In this document: piece by piece, positions 1 through 10,559 of the stretch
Layout of the letters: each line of letters begins with the position of its first letter
Numbering within the stretch: position 1 is the stretch's first letter
DNA from: Candidatus Bathyarchaeota archaeon
GTDB taxonomy: Archaea; Thermoproteota; Bathyarchaeia; Bathyarchaeales; Bathycorpusculaceae
NCBI GenBank assembly: GCA_963770935.1
Contig: CAVYRJ010000004.1
Span: forward strand, 1-64,000
Direction: 5' to 3'
Length of the DNA: 64,000 nt
Notes under the pieces: model-generated
The model's database searches: none
What the model was told of the DNA's origin: nothing
The model's input: the letters and a program-made list of their open reading frames with translations, nothing else
Program-made: the position numbers and the translations under genes

Positions 1-117
1 GTCATAAGTGAAACCACCTACACCCAATATTACAGGATGGCAGGTAGTGGAAGATTTGAGTCTATTGCTGATTTAGAGCGTAATTTGAAAGCTCATGATT
101 TATGGAGGAAACGATAG
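1..117 (+). CDS. rpl19e: 50S ribosomal protein L19e, C-terminal part (truncated by window edge)
   Basis: Frame 1 reads VISETTYTQYYRMAGSGRFESIADLERNLKAHDLWRKR*, resembling the L19e YRxLYRxAKGGxF segment; directly upstream of L18 as in the conserved archaeal order. Confidence 0.75.
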   Translation, partial: VISETTYTQYYRMAGSGRFESIADLERNLKAHDLWRKR

Positions 118-1048
118 ATGGCGAAAAATGCAAGTTACCGAGTAAAACTACGACGCAGACGCGAAGGAAAGACCGATTACCAAGCTCGTAAGGCTTTGGT
201 TTCTTCCAGAAAGCCACGACTTGTCACAAGGGCATCCATCAAAAATGTTGAAGTGCAAATAATTAACGCTAAGCCCCACGGAGACATGGTTTTAGCATCA
301 GCCAATAGCCGTGAGCTGATTGAGTCCATACGGTTGGAGAGCTCCAACAGGCAACATCCCCGCAGCCTACCTGACAGGGTTGCTTTGCGGTTTGAAGGCG
401 AAAGCTTCAGGCATCGAAGAAGCAATTCTTGACATCGGTTTGGGTTCTCCACTAAAGGCTCAAAAATCTTCGCCGTCTTAAGTGGAGTTGTAGACGCAGG
501 CGTTGAGGTTCCTCACAGTGAAGACAAAATCGTTAAGGACCGCATGAAAGGGGAACACGTAGCCAAATACGCGAAAAGCTTGGGCGCAGGCTCAAAAGAG
601 TACACTGCCAAATTCTCACAGTACACCGCACAAGATGTTACTCCAGAAAAAATCACTGAACACTTCACGAAAGTTAAGGCTGACATAATGGCTGGAACAA
701 AAAGCGCAAAATTACCCGTAGAAGCCGCCAAACCGAGAGTTGCCACAAAAGAGAAGGCTCCCAAAATAGCGGAAGACAGCACCCAAAGAAAAAGCTCCAG
801 CTAAGGCTGAAGAAGAAAAACCGGCAGAAGTAACACCTGCTAAAAGAAAAACTGCGCCAAAAGCACCCGAAGAGAAAGCTCCTAAAGAGAAGGCTCTAAA
901 AGCAGAAGGCAGTAGCCAAAGAGAAGGCGCCAAAGGCAAAAGCACCCAAAGAGAAAGCTCCTAAGCCAGCAAATGAAGCTGAATCCAAAATATAGAAGAC
1001 AAAGCACCCAAAGAAAAGGTTACTAAGAAAGGTGGAAAGAAAGCATGA
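118..1048 (+). CDS. rpl18: 50S ribosomal protein uL18 with long K/A/E/P-rich tail (several frameshifts)
   Basis: [22 protein letters not shown]...PRLVTR; continues via other frames (GxHVAKYA at 544 ORF) into AKEKAPK repeats; probable stop overlapping the S5 start at 1046-1048. Confidence 0.85.
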
Positions 1049-1695
1049 GTCGAAACCGAAACGAAGAAGAAAAACGTACAACTAACTAGAAGCTTACCGA
1101 TTCCAAAAACCAGGTTGGGCAAGATGATTCAGGAAGGTAAAATAACCAGCATTGAAGACGTTTTCCTAAGTCGGCATGAATACTTGAGTCCCAAATCGTT
1201 GACTCTTTGATTCCTGACCTGCAAGAAGAAGTTATAAACGTTAACTTAGTTCAGAAACAAACTGACGCAGGCGAAAAATCCCGCTTTAAAGCTATCGTTG
1301 CTGTCGGAAACCGCGACGGTTATGTCGGCTTAGGCAGCGGCAAAGCCAAGCCAAGTAGAAACGCCATCGAAAAAGCCGCAGTTAACGCCCGCCTAAATAT
1401 TATCCCTGTTAAACGTGGATGTGGAAGCTGGGAATGCGGCTGCGGTAAACCACATTCAGTTCCCTTCGAAGTGGAAGGCAAATGTGGCGGCATGAAGTAG
1501 TAATCGTTCCTGGTCCCGGCTTAGGCTTAGTTTCAAGCGAAGAATTGCCCATTCATCTCGTTTAGCAGGCGTCAAAGACCTTTGGATGGATTTTTAGGTT
1601 CAACAAGGACTGTTCCATCCTGTATAGTCGCAATCTTCGATGGAATGCGGAAGACTTATAATTTGATTACTCAAGTGGACTGGGTGAAGTCAATG
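1045..1695 (+). CDS. rps5: 30S ribosomal protein uS5 (frameshifted; ends approximate)
   Basis: PKTRLGKMIQEGKI in one frame; NLVQKQTDAGEKSRFKAIVAVGNRDGYVGLG...RGCGSWECGCGKPHSVPF in ORF 1207-1500. Confidence 0.9.
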
Positions 1696-2175
1696 TCACA
1701 GAACCTGAAGAATGCAAGCCTCTTGTTGTAGTGAGAATCAGAGGCACCGTGGAGTACTAGCGTGAAGCCAGAGAAACCCTTAATATGCTCCACTTAAGCC
1801 ATACAAACCACGCAGTCCTAATCGACAGCCGACCAGCCTACAAAGGTATGCTGCAACGCATAAACAGCTACGTCACCTACGGCGAACCCACAAAAGAAAC
1901 CGTGGCCATGATGATCCAGAAACGGGCGCTATTAGCTGGCGACAAAAAACTAACAGATGAATACATCTTAAAAATTGGGTATAAAACTGGTCAAATACGC
2001 AGCCATAGTTAGCTGTAAAGTACAATACGGCAAACTTCCAGACATACAAGCACGGTTCCGTCTACATCCACCAAGTAAAGGCTACAAGGGCAAAACCAAA
2101 AAAGGCTTCAAAGCAGGTGGCGAAGCAGGCTACCGCGGAGAAGCAATAAACGCATTAGTCCAACGCATGGTCTAA
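1693..2175 (+). CDS. rpl30: 50S ribosomal protein uL30 (frameshifted)
   Basis: VVRIRGT, YKGMLQRINSYVTYGE, and FRLHPPSKGYKGKTKKGFKAGGEAGYRGEAINALVQRM across two ORFs. Confidence 0.9.
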
Positions 2176-2267
2176 AACAGCGTTTTCCAAAAATTTTTGT
2201 TTTTAATTAACTCTTAATTCGTTTAAACTACCTTTTTATTGGAAAAATCTTTTCGTTTTTTTGATAG

Positions 2268-2458
2268 TTATTCCTTTACTAAATCTATAATTGGAGCTAC
2301 TGGAGCAACTGTCTTAACTAAATTTATTGCATCAATACAGCCTTTTTTGCTTGTATAGGATTCTGCCTGCGTAACTACATCACCGTTCAGCAACTCTCAA
2401 AACGCCAAAAAAAGCGCCCTGAATAATAGTTTTTCATTATTTCAAATTTTGCTGACAT
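2268..2458 (-). CDS. YegP/DUF1508 family small protein (frameshifted, not in ORF track)
   Basis: Manual translation: MSAKFEIMKNYYSGRFFWR / GDVVTQAESYTSKKGCIDAINLVKTVAPVAPIIDLVKE*; fits the KFEI...FxWRL..NG..I..SE.YxSKxxC...I..VK pattern. Confidence 0.7.
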
Positions 2459-3134
2459 TCAAGTTATCCCTCCTTTCAGTTTTAGGGAGCTAAATTATTC
2501 AAGCGAAGAATTGACATTATACCTAAAAGGTAATACAAATATTCAAGGGTTACTACCAGGCTGGAGGGGTTTAGGTGGTTTGTATTCTTTTAAGCCTCAT
2601 TCATCGGTGGGATGTGGAAACGTTTTCAGCACTTCAGAAACGGTTAATTTGGGTAGTTTTTCGTTGTTTTTATGGCTTCAGGTTGGGTCGAAAATAAGGT
2701 GAAAAAAGACAGGAGAAGGTGAATATTATAGTGACCACACTTTGAGCCAATGTTTTCGCCGAACACATTTAGGGGATATTAAAACTCATTTCTGAAATCT
2801 GAGAAGGCAGGCCGGTTTGGTGTTTTCTTAGGTCATTAACATGGTGAATTTCAGTGCTACTAAAATTAGGGGTTATGTGATCCAGCCCCTAAAACTTAGC
2901 GTGCAATCGCCTTTTTCATGGATATTTTGCTTCGTGTTGTTCAAGTAATTTGTCATCCTTTATGTGCGATACATTTTATAATGTCATCAGAGATTTTCGT
3001 TAGTTAATCGGAGGGGGAAAGATACATGAGTGCAAAATGGAGAAGAACCAGTAAGAACCGTAAATGGCTAGATTTTAACGAGTTAAATTACAGAGAAACC
3101 TAAAACGCCCCAGAAAAATCAACGATTAAAAAAT

Positions 3135-3470
3135 ATGCCATCACACCAAAGTTTTCGCCCGTCCAAAAGCTTTGCCAAACGCAAATTTGAAGACCAAAAA
3201 CCCCTAATCGACATCTTCCAAGAAAACAACTACGTTACCATCGTAGCGGAAATAGTAGGCTTTAATAGGGAAACCCTCAAGATATGTGTGAAAGACCAAA
3301 AAATTACGCTGTCGGCAAAATCAAAAGATCGAAGATACTATAAAAGTTTAAATCTTCCGACGGTAGTGATTCCAAACGCATTGCACACCAAATTCAAGAA
3401 CGGCGTGCTCGAAATCAAGCTTAAAAAAGCACAAACATTAGATAAAGAAGCGAATCAAAATGCCACATAA
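3135..3470 (+). CDS. Hsp20/alpha-crystallin family protein (true start possibly ATG 3026 with an indel)
   Basis: PLIDIF...VTIVAEI.G...RRYYKSLNLP...FKNGVLEIKLKK; GGAGGGGG precedes ATG 3026. Confidence 0.8.
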   Translation: MPSHQSFRPSKSFAKRKFEDQKPLIDIFQENNYVTIVAEIVGFNRETLKICVKDQKITLSAKSKDRRYYKSLNLPTVVIPNALHTKFKNGVLEIKLKKAQTLDKEANQNAT

Positions 3471-3870
3471 ATTAAGAAAAATCAGGAAAACTAGAGGCTC
3501 AAGAACACAAGGTTACGGAAGAATAGGTCAACACCGAGACAGCGGCAGTAAAGGCGCAAGAAAAGTCGGTCGCCACAAACACCTTTGGAGCTTAGTTGTC
3601 ACATCTGAACCCAACTACTTCGGAAAACACGGCTTCACCTCACCCCAAAGTCTACACACCAACGAAAACGCAATCAACCTGATAAAACTCGACCAACTAG
3701 CCCAAGGCTCTGAAATCAACCTAACCCAGCTTGGCTACACTAAACTTTTAGGCACAGGAAAAATAACCAAACCACTAACCATACAAGTAGCAACCTGCTC
3801 AAAAACCGCCCAAGAAAAAGTCACCCAAGCAGGCGGAAAAATCATAACCTCCCAAAAAAACGGAGAGTAA
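3460..3870 (+). CDS. rpl15: 50S ribosomal protein uL15
   Basis: RKTRGSRTQGYGRIGQHR..G..G...YFGKHGF; KLLGTG. Confidence 0.95.
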   Translation: MPHKLRKIRKTRGSRTQGYGRIGQHRDSGSKGARKVGRHKHLWSLVVTSEPNYFGKHGFTSPQSLHTNENAINLIKLDQLAQGSEINLTQLGYTKLLGTGKITKPLTIQVATCSKTAQEKVTQAGGKIITSQKNGE

Positions 3871-3879
3871 AGCTGCTAA

Positions 3880-5319
3880 ATGGCCGGAAGATTCCTCAGC
3901 CTCTTCAAACCAATCGGAAGAGTCTTGCCTGAAATAAAAAAGCCTGAACGTAAAGTCAGCTTTAACGAAAAAATCTTCTGGACCGCACTTGTCTTAGTCG
4001 TTTTCCTTGTTATGACTGAAATCCCGCTCTTCGGGATTGAAAAAGCAGTTTCTGACAACTTTGGATCGCTAAGAGTAATTTTCGCCTCCAACCGTGGTAC
4101 TCTGATGGAACTTGGCATTGGACCCATCGTCACGGCTGGGTTAATCTTGCAATTACTCGCAGGTTCATCAATTATCAAATGCGACATGTCAAACTCTGAA
4201 GACAGAGGACTCTTTACTTCAGCAAGCAAAGTCTTCAGTATCGTATTAACCGGTGTCCAAGCTGGCGCATACATTCTAAGCGGCATGTATGGAACAACCC
4301 TAACAGGACCAGTAATCCTTGTCATCTTTATACAATTAATATCCGCAGGCATAATCGTCATGCTAATGGATGAACTCGTCCAGAAAGGCTGGGGGCTAGG
4401 CAGCGGAATCAGCCTATTCATCATGGCAGGCGTTGCCCAAACCATATTATGGTCTATGTTCTCGCCGCCTGCAGGACTATTTGTTGGCACTCTTTCAGCT
4501 TACTTTGGTGGCGCTGAACCCTTCAATGTTGGTAATCCAATATTGACTTACATATTTGGCTCTTCAACATCAGGCATTTACCCAACACTGCTGGGGCTCT
4601 TTGCCACTATCGCAGTCTTCCTAATTGTCATTTACTTACAAGGCATAAGAATTGAGCTTCCAATGAGCTACGCAGGCTACAAAGGCTTCCGAAGCAGATA
4701 CCCAATTAAACTATTATACGTCTCAAACTTGCCCGTCATATTCGCCTCAGCCTTGTTCGCAAACGTTTACTTCTTCAGCCAGCTGCTGTGGAGCCAATTT
4801 GGACGACCTGCGCCAGGCACCAACTTATTTTTCCAAATAATAGGTGACTACAGCCAAAATGCTACTTCAGGTGCTGTTAAAACTGTAGGCGGTTTAGCCT
4901 ACTACGTTACAGCACCGCGTAGTCTGCAAGGCGTCATCGCTGCACCTTTACAAGCTGCCGCGTACCTAGGCATTATAATAGTATTCTGCGCCGTCTTCTC
5001 ACTGATTTGGCTTGAAGTAGGTGGATTAGGACCCGCAAAGGTTGCACAACAACTCATGGACAGTGGTATGCAGATTCCAGGGTACCGACGGTCAGGAAGA
5101 CCAATAGAAGCTATTCTCAAACGATACATTCCAGTTGTCACGGTGTTAGGAGGCATAATCGTTGGACTCGTAGCCGGACTCTCCGACTTCTTTGGCGCCT
5201 TCGGTACAGGTACAGGTATCTTGCTGTCAGTAGGTATCATCTACCAGTACTACGAGTTGCTGATGCGTGAGCGGGCGGCAGAAATGTTCCCGGCGTTTAG
5301 ACGAATTTTAGGCGAATAG
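3880..5319 (+). CDS. secY: Preprotein translocase SecY
   Basis: RGTLMELGIGPIVTAGLILQLL, KGWGLGSGISLFI, YPIKLLYVSNLPVI, GTGILLSV. Confidence 0.98.
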   Translation: MAGRFLSLFKPIGRVLPEIKKPERKVSFNEKIFWTALVLVVFLVMTEIPLFGIEKAVSDNFGSLRVIFASNRGTLMELGIGPIVTAGLILQLLAGSSIIKCDMSNSEDRGLFTSASKVFSIVLTGVQAGAYILSGMYGTTLTGPVILVIFIQLISAGIIVMLMDELVQKGWGLGSGISLFIMAGVAQTILWSMFSPPAGLFVGTLSAYFGGAEPFNVGNPILTYIFGSSTSGIYPTLLGLFATIAVFLIVIYLQGIRIELPMSYAGYKGFRSRYPIKLLYVSNLPVIFASALFANVYFFSQLLWSQFGRPAPGTNLFFQIIGDYSQNATSGAVKTVGGLAYYVTAPRSLQGVIAAPLQAAAYLGIIIVFCAVFSLIWLEVGGLGPAKVAQQLMDSGMQIPGYRRSGRPIEAILKRYIPVVTVLGGIIVGLVAGLSDFFGAFGTGTGILLSVGIIYQYYELLMRERAAEMFPAFRRILGE

Positions 5320-5522
5320 CCTAAAGGTTCCCCAAAAAACCCTAATGCTCTGGGGAAAATCCCTATTTATTTTTGTTACTGGTATCTAGAGCCTCAGAAA
5401 TCTGGAAATAGTTTCCTTAATTTGAAAAAAGGATTTCATGACCAATTTAATTGGTAAATAAGTGAAAATAGTTATTAACAAGAAACATGTAGGCATAGAC
5501 TTAGAGCAGCAAGAGGAAAAAT

Positions 5523-6023
5523 GTGATGTCTGTCGTTGTTACTTCGTTGCCTCTGGCAACATTAATCATTATGGCTATTGCAGCTGGAATTGCTTTCTTA
5601 AACTCTGGAATAAATAGGGTTTTGATTAACTACTTCATCGGTTGGGAACAATATCGTGTTATGCAGAGAGAAATGGCTGAATACCGCTCAGAAACCATGG
5701 CTGCCATGCGCGCAAAAGATACAAAACAGGTTGAGAAACTCAAGAGGAAAGATTCACAGATAAAAAATATGCAAGCAAAGATGATGAAGCCCCAAATGGT
5801 CCAGTTCGGAATCTCTTTCGTTTACCTCATAGTTTGGTTTTTAGTGTTAACTCCAGTATTTGGAAACACGCCGATGGCTTACATACCTGGCATCGGAACA
5901 ATGGCAAGTAGCACATCAAATGCAATTCCTGTATTCTACTGGTATCCCATTTGCTCGCTGTTCTTCGGTCTCTTGTCCTCACGCATCATAGGCATAATGC
6001 CAATAGAACAAGGCGCAATATGA
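5523..6023 (+). CDS. EMC3/TMCO1 (DUF106, Oxa1 superfamily) membrane protein
   Basis: TM1, coiled region ending MMKPQM, two more TMs, FYWYxICS; canonical position after secY. Confidence 0.85.
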   Translation: MMSVVVTSLPLATLIIMAIAAGIAFLNSGINRVLINYFIGWEQYRVMQREMAEYRSETMAAMRAKDTKQVEKLKRKDSQIKNMQAKMMKPQMVQFGISFVYLIVWFLVLTPVFGNTPMAYIPGIGTMASSTSNAIPVFYWYPICSLFFGLLSSRIIGIMPIEQGAI

Positions 6024-6658
6024 TTTCGAAACCCGGTGAACGCCAAATGGCCGAACGACAAAAAACATGCGCTGCCCCCAAAAAAACAGTAATTTGCATT
6101 TCAGGAATGGCTGGAACCGGAAAAAGTACACTATCCAAAAAACTCGCTGAACGGTATAATCTGAGATATTTTTCTGGCGGTGACGTTTTAAAAGACCTTG
6201 CAAAACACGAAGGCTATGATGTTTCCATTAGGGGTTGGTGGGAAAGTCCGGAAGGATTAAAGTTTCTTAACGAAAGAATAAATGACCCAAAATTCGACAA
6301 GTTAGTCGACGATAAACTCTTAGAGTATGCTCAACAAGGCAATGTTCTTTTGGACAGTTGGACCATGCCTTGGCTCTTAAAGGAAGGCTTCAAAATCTGG
6401 TTGGCTGCATCATTTGAGAAGAGAGCAGCAAGGGTTGCGGTAAGAGACGGAATGACTGAATCTCAAGCGCGAAAAGTGTTAAAAGAGAAGGAAACGCGTA
6501 CCAAAGCCATCTACAGAGAGCTGTATGGTTTCGGACTAGGCGAAGATTTTAAGCCATTTGACTTCATCTTAGATACCGATAATTTAAGCGCAAACGAAGT
6601 CTTCGAGGTTCTATGTAAAGTAATCGATAACGTGGCGCTTTCGCATTCTAATGCTTAG
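6020..6658 (+). CDS. cmk: Cytidylate kinase
   Basis: ICISGMAGTGKSTLSKKLA P-loop; FKIWL.AS..RA.RV..RD; DFILDT. Confidence 0.9.
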   Translation: MISKPGERQMAERQKTCAAPKKTVICISGMAGTGKSTLSKKLAERYNLRYFSGGDVLKDLAKHEGYDVSIRGWWESPEGLKFLNERINDPKFDKLVDDKLLEYAQQGNVLLDSWTMPWLLKEGFKIWLAASFEKRAARVAVRDGMTESQARKVLKEKETRTKAIYRELYGFGLGEDFKPFDFILDTDNLSANEVFEVLCKVIDNVALSHSNA

Positions 6659-6790
6659 TTTTGCCGATTACAACTTTCTTTTAGATCTAAGTTCCAGACA
6701 ACATAAAACTATAAACCAAGAAATTCGCCATCTCTTGAAATACTATCAAGCGAATAGGAATTATCCCTGCATCATTAAGAATAAGGATTC

Positions 6791-7852
6791 TTAGTCCTTT
6801 TTGAAAAGTAGCTTTGCGTTTTTCCACTGATCTTTCGCTAGTGATAAGTGACCATATGGGCTTCCGTGAATGGAATAGAACACGTAGCAGAGGTAATTGC
6901 ATTGAGTACATTCATGGTATGTTTCACGTAGCTCTTTGAATTCTGGGCTTTTCCATTTCTCAGGTAAATCAAAGATTGAACCTGCAAAGTTGTGACTATG
7001 ACAGCCCGCAACTCTGCCTAAGTGATCAACGACTAGAAACTGGTTAAGCGCTTGGCATTTCCATGTTCTTTTGCTGTCTTCCTCATAGATGCCTCGAAGC
7101 GCTTCGAGCAGAATGTTAGTCATGAGGATTTTTTTGTTTTTCTTCTTCATCTCTATCAAGGAGTTGCAGAGGTTAACCATTGCTTGATTATCAGTTATGA
7201 CAAACTCATCGTTTGCTTTACCAATCCTAAACAGCTGTTTGCTATCTGCGGAAGTATCATATGCGTAGAGGCAATACCAAACTGGGATTCCTTTTCCAGT
7301 AAAATAGTTGGTTATGTCGACAATTTCGTAAAGGTTCTTTTGTGAAATTGTTGGAGTAACACTAACTTTTATTCCTTCCTTATGTAGGGTTTCTACGGCT
7401 TGAATCGCGTTTTTCCATGCCCCCGGCACAGATTTAATATAATCATTCTTTGCTTCATCTAGGCTGTCGATTGAAATTGCAACGAAATCCACTTTCCGAA
7501 GCACATCAAGTTTCTTTTCAGCCATACTTCCGTTGTCATAAACAGTTGTGACAAATAGTCTTGAAGCATATTCTATTATTTCCCCTATGTCATCTCTTAA
7601 TAGCGGATCTCCACCTGAAAAAACGAGCTCAAATATTCCAAGTTTTTTTAGAATGCGTAGCCCTTTTTTAATTTCTTCAGTTGTGAGTTCTCTTTGGTCT
7701 TGTTCTTTCCAGACATTGCAGCCAACACAACGATAGTTGCATTTTCTTGTAACTAGCCACTGTGCATGATGAGGCCTGCCGGGAGCAAGTGAACGTGCCG
7801 CTATTGATGCTGCTTTCTTGAAACCTGACGTCAAATAGATTTCACTATTCAT
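6791..7852 (-). CDS. Radical SAM protein with C-terminal Cys-rich (SPASM/twitch-like) region
   Basis: CNYRCVGC (CX3CX2C), FSGGDPLLR, ISIDS, C-terminal CxxC..C. Confidence 0.9.
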   Translation of the reverse strand: MNSEIYLTSGFKKAASIAARSLAPGRPHHAQWLVTRKCNYRCVGCNVWKEQDQRELTTEEIKKGLRILKKLGIFELVFSGGDPLLRDDIGEIIEYASRLFVTTVYDNGSMAEKKLDVLRKVDFVAISIDSLDEAKNDYIKSVPGAWKNAIQAVETLHKEGIKVSVTPTISQKNLYEIVDITNYFTGKGIPVWYCLYAYDTSADSKQLFRIGKANDEFVITDNQAMVNLCNSLIEMKKKNKKILMTNILLEALRGIYEEDSKRTWKCQALNQFLVVDHLGRVAGCHSHNFAGSIFDLPEKWKSPEFKELRETYHECTQCNYLCYVFYSIHGSPYGHLSLAKDQWKNAKLLFKKD

Positions 7853-7971
7853 TTAATTGGTATTACCTAATCACATATTGGGACTATAAAAACCATTATT
7901 AGACTTTAGCCTTGTACTGATTGGTGAATTGAGGTTTAGGTTTTTAAGTTATCGCCAACCTATAAGGCTTA

Positions 7972-8737
7972 ATGATTAATCTGAGGGCACCTATGCAAGT
8001 TGACGTAGTACTGCTGACAAAAAACAGTGACCACCTGCTGATAAAATGCTTAACTGCCATCTACCAAAACGTGCCCCTCAAAACCTTAATCGTAATCGAC
8101 GGTTTCTCAACTGACCGCACACTTAAAATTCTGGAAAAGTTCAATCGGAAATTCGGCAATATTTTGTTGGTTCAACTGGATGGTTCAAGGGCTAAAGCCC
8201 GAACTGAAGGCATAAGGCATGTTTCCACGGAGTGGTTTATGTTTGTTGACAGCGACGTGATCCTTTGCAAAGACTGGTTCAAAAAAGTCCAGGGACGACA
8301 TAGCCGATGATGTAGGCGCGGTATGGGGTTTGAATGTCGATGTTCTACCCAACGTTAGAGACAGACGAATCCTGAAATTTCAAATATTGATTGCCCGCCA
8401 ATGCTTTAAACTGCGCGGAGGGACACATGACACTCTAATTCTGTACAAAGCAGTTGAAGGCATACAGATTCCTGACCAGTTGCACGCTTACGAAGACGCT
8501 TACATCATGCGTTGGATTAAAGCCCACGGCTACAAAATAGTTGTCGGCAACAACGTTTACTGTTTGCATTACAAGCCGCCGGAAAACTGGCAATTGCAAA
8601 ACGGCATCGCGCAAGCCATCGTTGAGTTTAAGTGCGGACTTTTATATTCACACATGTTTGAATACACATTTTTCTACCCTATCTTCATGCTTTACTGGAG
8701 CCTGCAACTTCCGCTAAGCGGTTTAAGGCATGTTTAA
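7972..8737 (+). CDS. Glycosyltransferase family 2 (split by a frameshift near 8300)
   Basis: VIDGFSTDRT, FMFVDSDV (DxD), YED in second ORF. Confidence 0.8.
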
Positions 8738-9741
8738 CGTGATAGCGCCAGCCACAAGTGGTCTGAGACAGGTCTTGGTAGCATCTCTGCAGAATCGTCA
8801 GCATGCATGAGTATGCGTTTGTTTGAGTTTGGGTTGAATTCACCGATAACGTCGGCGTAAATGTGCTCTTGACATAAGGAATCGATTATTTTATCAGCAG
8901 CTTGCGGGTCAGCTGCTATAAGCAGTGCACCTGAACTAATCAACTGTAGTGGGTCAATTTCATAGAACCTACAAATTTTAGCAGTCTCAGGCTCAACAGT
9001 AATTCTTTCCTCAAAAATCCTTACACCTAAGTCTGCCGCATCCGCCATTTCGTGGATGCCGTTTAGGATGCCTCCTTCAGTTGGGTCATGCATCCCGTGG
9101 ACTCCGCCTGATCTGTAAGCCGTTAAGGCATCTTTGACGACGCTGATTTGTTTATAGAAACCTCGAGCGCTCTCAAGTATTTCAGGATTAAAGATTTTTT
9201 CAAGTTGTGTTTGGCGGTCAGAGGCTAAGATGGCTGTGCCTTCGATTCCCGCACTCTTAGTTAAAATTAGTTTGTCGCCTGCTTTGGCACCTGCAGCTGT
9301 GACGTATTTGCCTTTTTCTGTTAAGCCCATAATGCACCCCACCACAATCGGGTTAGTTAATCCTGGTGTGGCTTCGCAGTGCCCGCCCACGATGGCTATG
9401 CCGAGTTCTTTCGCAGCGTTGTGCATTTGGGTACTTATGGTTTCGACTATTTTGCTGTCAGCGTTCTCAGGAAGCAAAATGCATGAAAAGAAAAAAGCTG
9501 GCTCAACACCGAAAGTCGCAACATCGTTCGCATTTACGTTTATGGCCTCCCAGCCGATGCGTTCAACCGCGCCTGTGATGGGATCCATCGAGACTATGGC
9601 ATTTTTGTTTCCAATGTCTAAGATTGCTCCGTCTACTCCTGCGGCTGGTCCTAATGTGACTTCGCCGCGGGGTGCGCCTAGGTTTTTGAAAACTATATCT
9701 TTTAAAATGTCAACAGGGATTTTTCCCGGGGGAAGTTTCAT
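8734..9741 (-). CDS. AIR synthase (PurM-like/HypE-related) family protein
   Basis: MDPITGA, NANDVAT.G, IVGGHCE, MHDPTEGG, DPLQLISSG. Confidence 0.9.
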   Translation of the reverse strand: MKLPPGKIPVDILKDIVFKNLGAPRGEVTLGPAAGVDGAILDIGNKNAIVSMDPITGAVERIGWEAINVNANDVATFGVEPAFFFSCILLPENADSKIVETISTQMHNAAKELGIAIVGGHCEATPGLTNPIVVGCIMGLTEKGKYVTAAGAKAGDKLILTKSAGIEGTAILASDRQTQLEKIFNPEILESARGFYKQISVVKDALTAYRSGGVHGMHDPTEGGILNGIHEMADAADLGVRIFEERITVEPETAKICRFYEIDPLQLISSGALLIAADPQAADKIIDSLCQEHIYADVIGEFNPNSNKRILMHADDSAEMLPRPVSDHLWLALSR

Positions 9742-9754
9742 GCCTTATCCTCTG

Positions 9755-10333
9755 TTAAAACTGGCTTTTAAGCTGTGGTACAACTCGGAAAACAGCGTGC
9801 ATAACCGGTACTGCAACTATTAAGCCGATGAGCATCTGTACAATGTTGAAGGGAATCTCTCCTAGAGCAAATGCGAGTGGATAGCCTATAACGAATTTTT
9901 CATAGAGAAAATATCCTACAACCATTTCTAGTCCTCCAACCGTGACTGCAACTGAGGCGCATAAAGTGAGGTTTGGTATGTATCTTCGAAGTTTCATGTT
10001 TAAAAAACCGACGATTAAGCCCTCTCCTCCCTTAATAAATAATGTACCGGGAGCAAAGAGGGCATACCCTAAGTAGATGTCTGACAGCGATGAGCCAATT
10101 CCTCCTGCCAGAACACCGACCAACGGACCAAAAACCAAGGCGGCGATGTAAATGGTTGTTTCTCCAATGTTGAAGTAACCTGATGTGGCTGGTATGGGAA
10201 TTGGGGGAATCTGCGAAGTGACCACAAACACGAGCGCAGCGAATACCGCTGCCACGGTAATTCTAAAAGTGATTGACTGCGTAAATCCCTGTTGTTTCAC
10301 ATTAGGGTTTTGCTTCTTATTCATTAGCTTCAC
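9755..10333 (-). CDS. ECF transporter S component
   Basis: IPIPATSGYFNIGE, GGIGSSLSD, APGTLFIKG.EG, EIPFNIVQ. Confidence 0.88.
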   Translation of the reverse strand: MKLMNKKQNPNVKQQGFTQSITFRITVAAVFAALVFVVTSQIPPIPIPATSGYFNIGETTIYIAALVFGPLVGVLAGGIGSSLSDIYLGYALFAPGTLFIKGGEGLIVGFLNMKLRRYIPNLTLCASVAVTVGGLEMVVGYFLYEKFVIGYPLAFALGEIPFNIVQMLIGLIVAVPVMHAVFRVVPQLKSQF

Positions 10334-10559
10334 AGCGTCATAGTTTGAGAGGTACTTATTGTTAGTATATTATAAAAACATCATTTGCTGCCCTGTTAAA
10401 ATGTATCCGAGCCAGCTTGCTTTACAAAATAACAATGGATTCTCTGTTAGAGAGGCTTATTGCAAAAAACCACGTCTGTTATGAAGGTAAGCTTTAGAAT
10501 AAAGTATTACGAAGCAAGCAAACGATTGCCTTTTAAGCGCATCTGACATTCTACCCACT

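Noticed and set aside
118-2175. Frameshifts and stops in L18, S5 and L30 as pseudogenisation or programmed recoding
   Set aside because: These are essential genes and indels are dense and scattered, also hitting argF, GT2, the beta-propeller gene and others; sequencing or assembly error is far more likely
3876-5240. Long antisense ORFs over secY (similar ones over the AIR synthase, ligase, acr3 and antiporter genes)
   Set aside because: Shadow frames of well-conserved genes with no independent motifs
10334-10460. Riboswitch upstream of the ECF S-component gene
   Set aside because: No TPP or other recognisable riboswitch core seen
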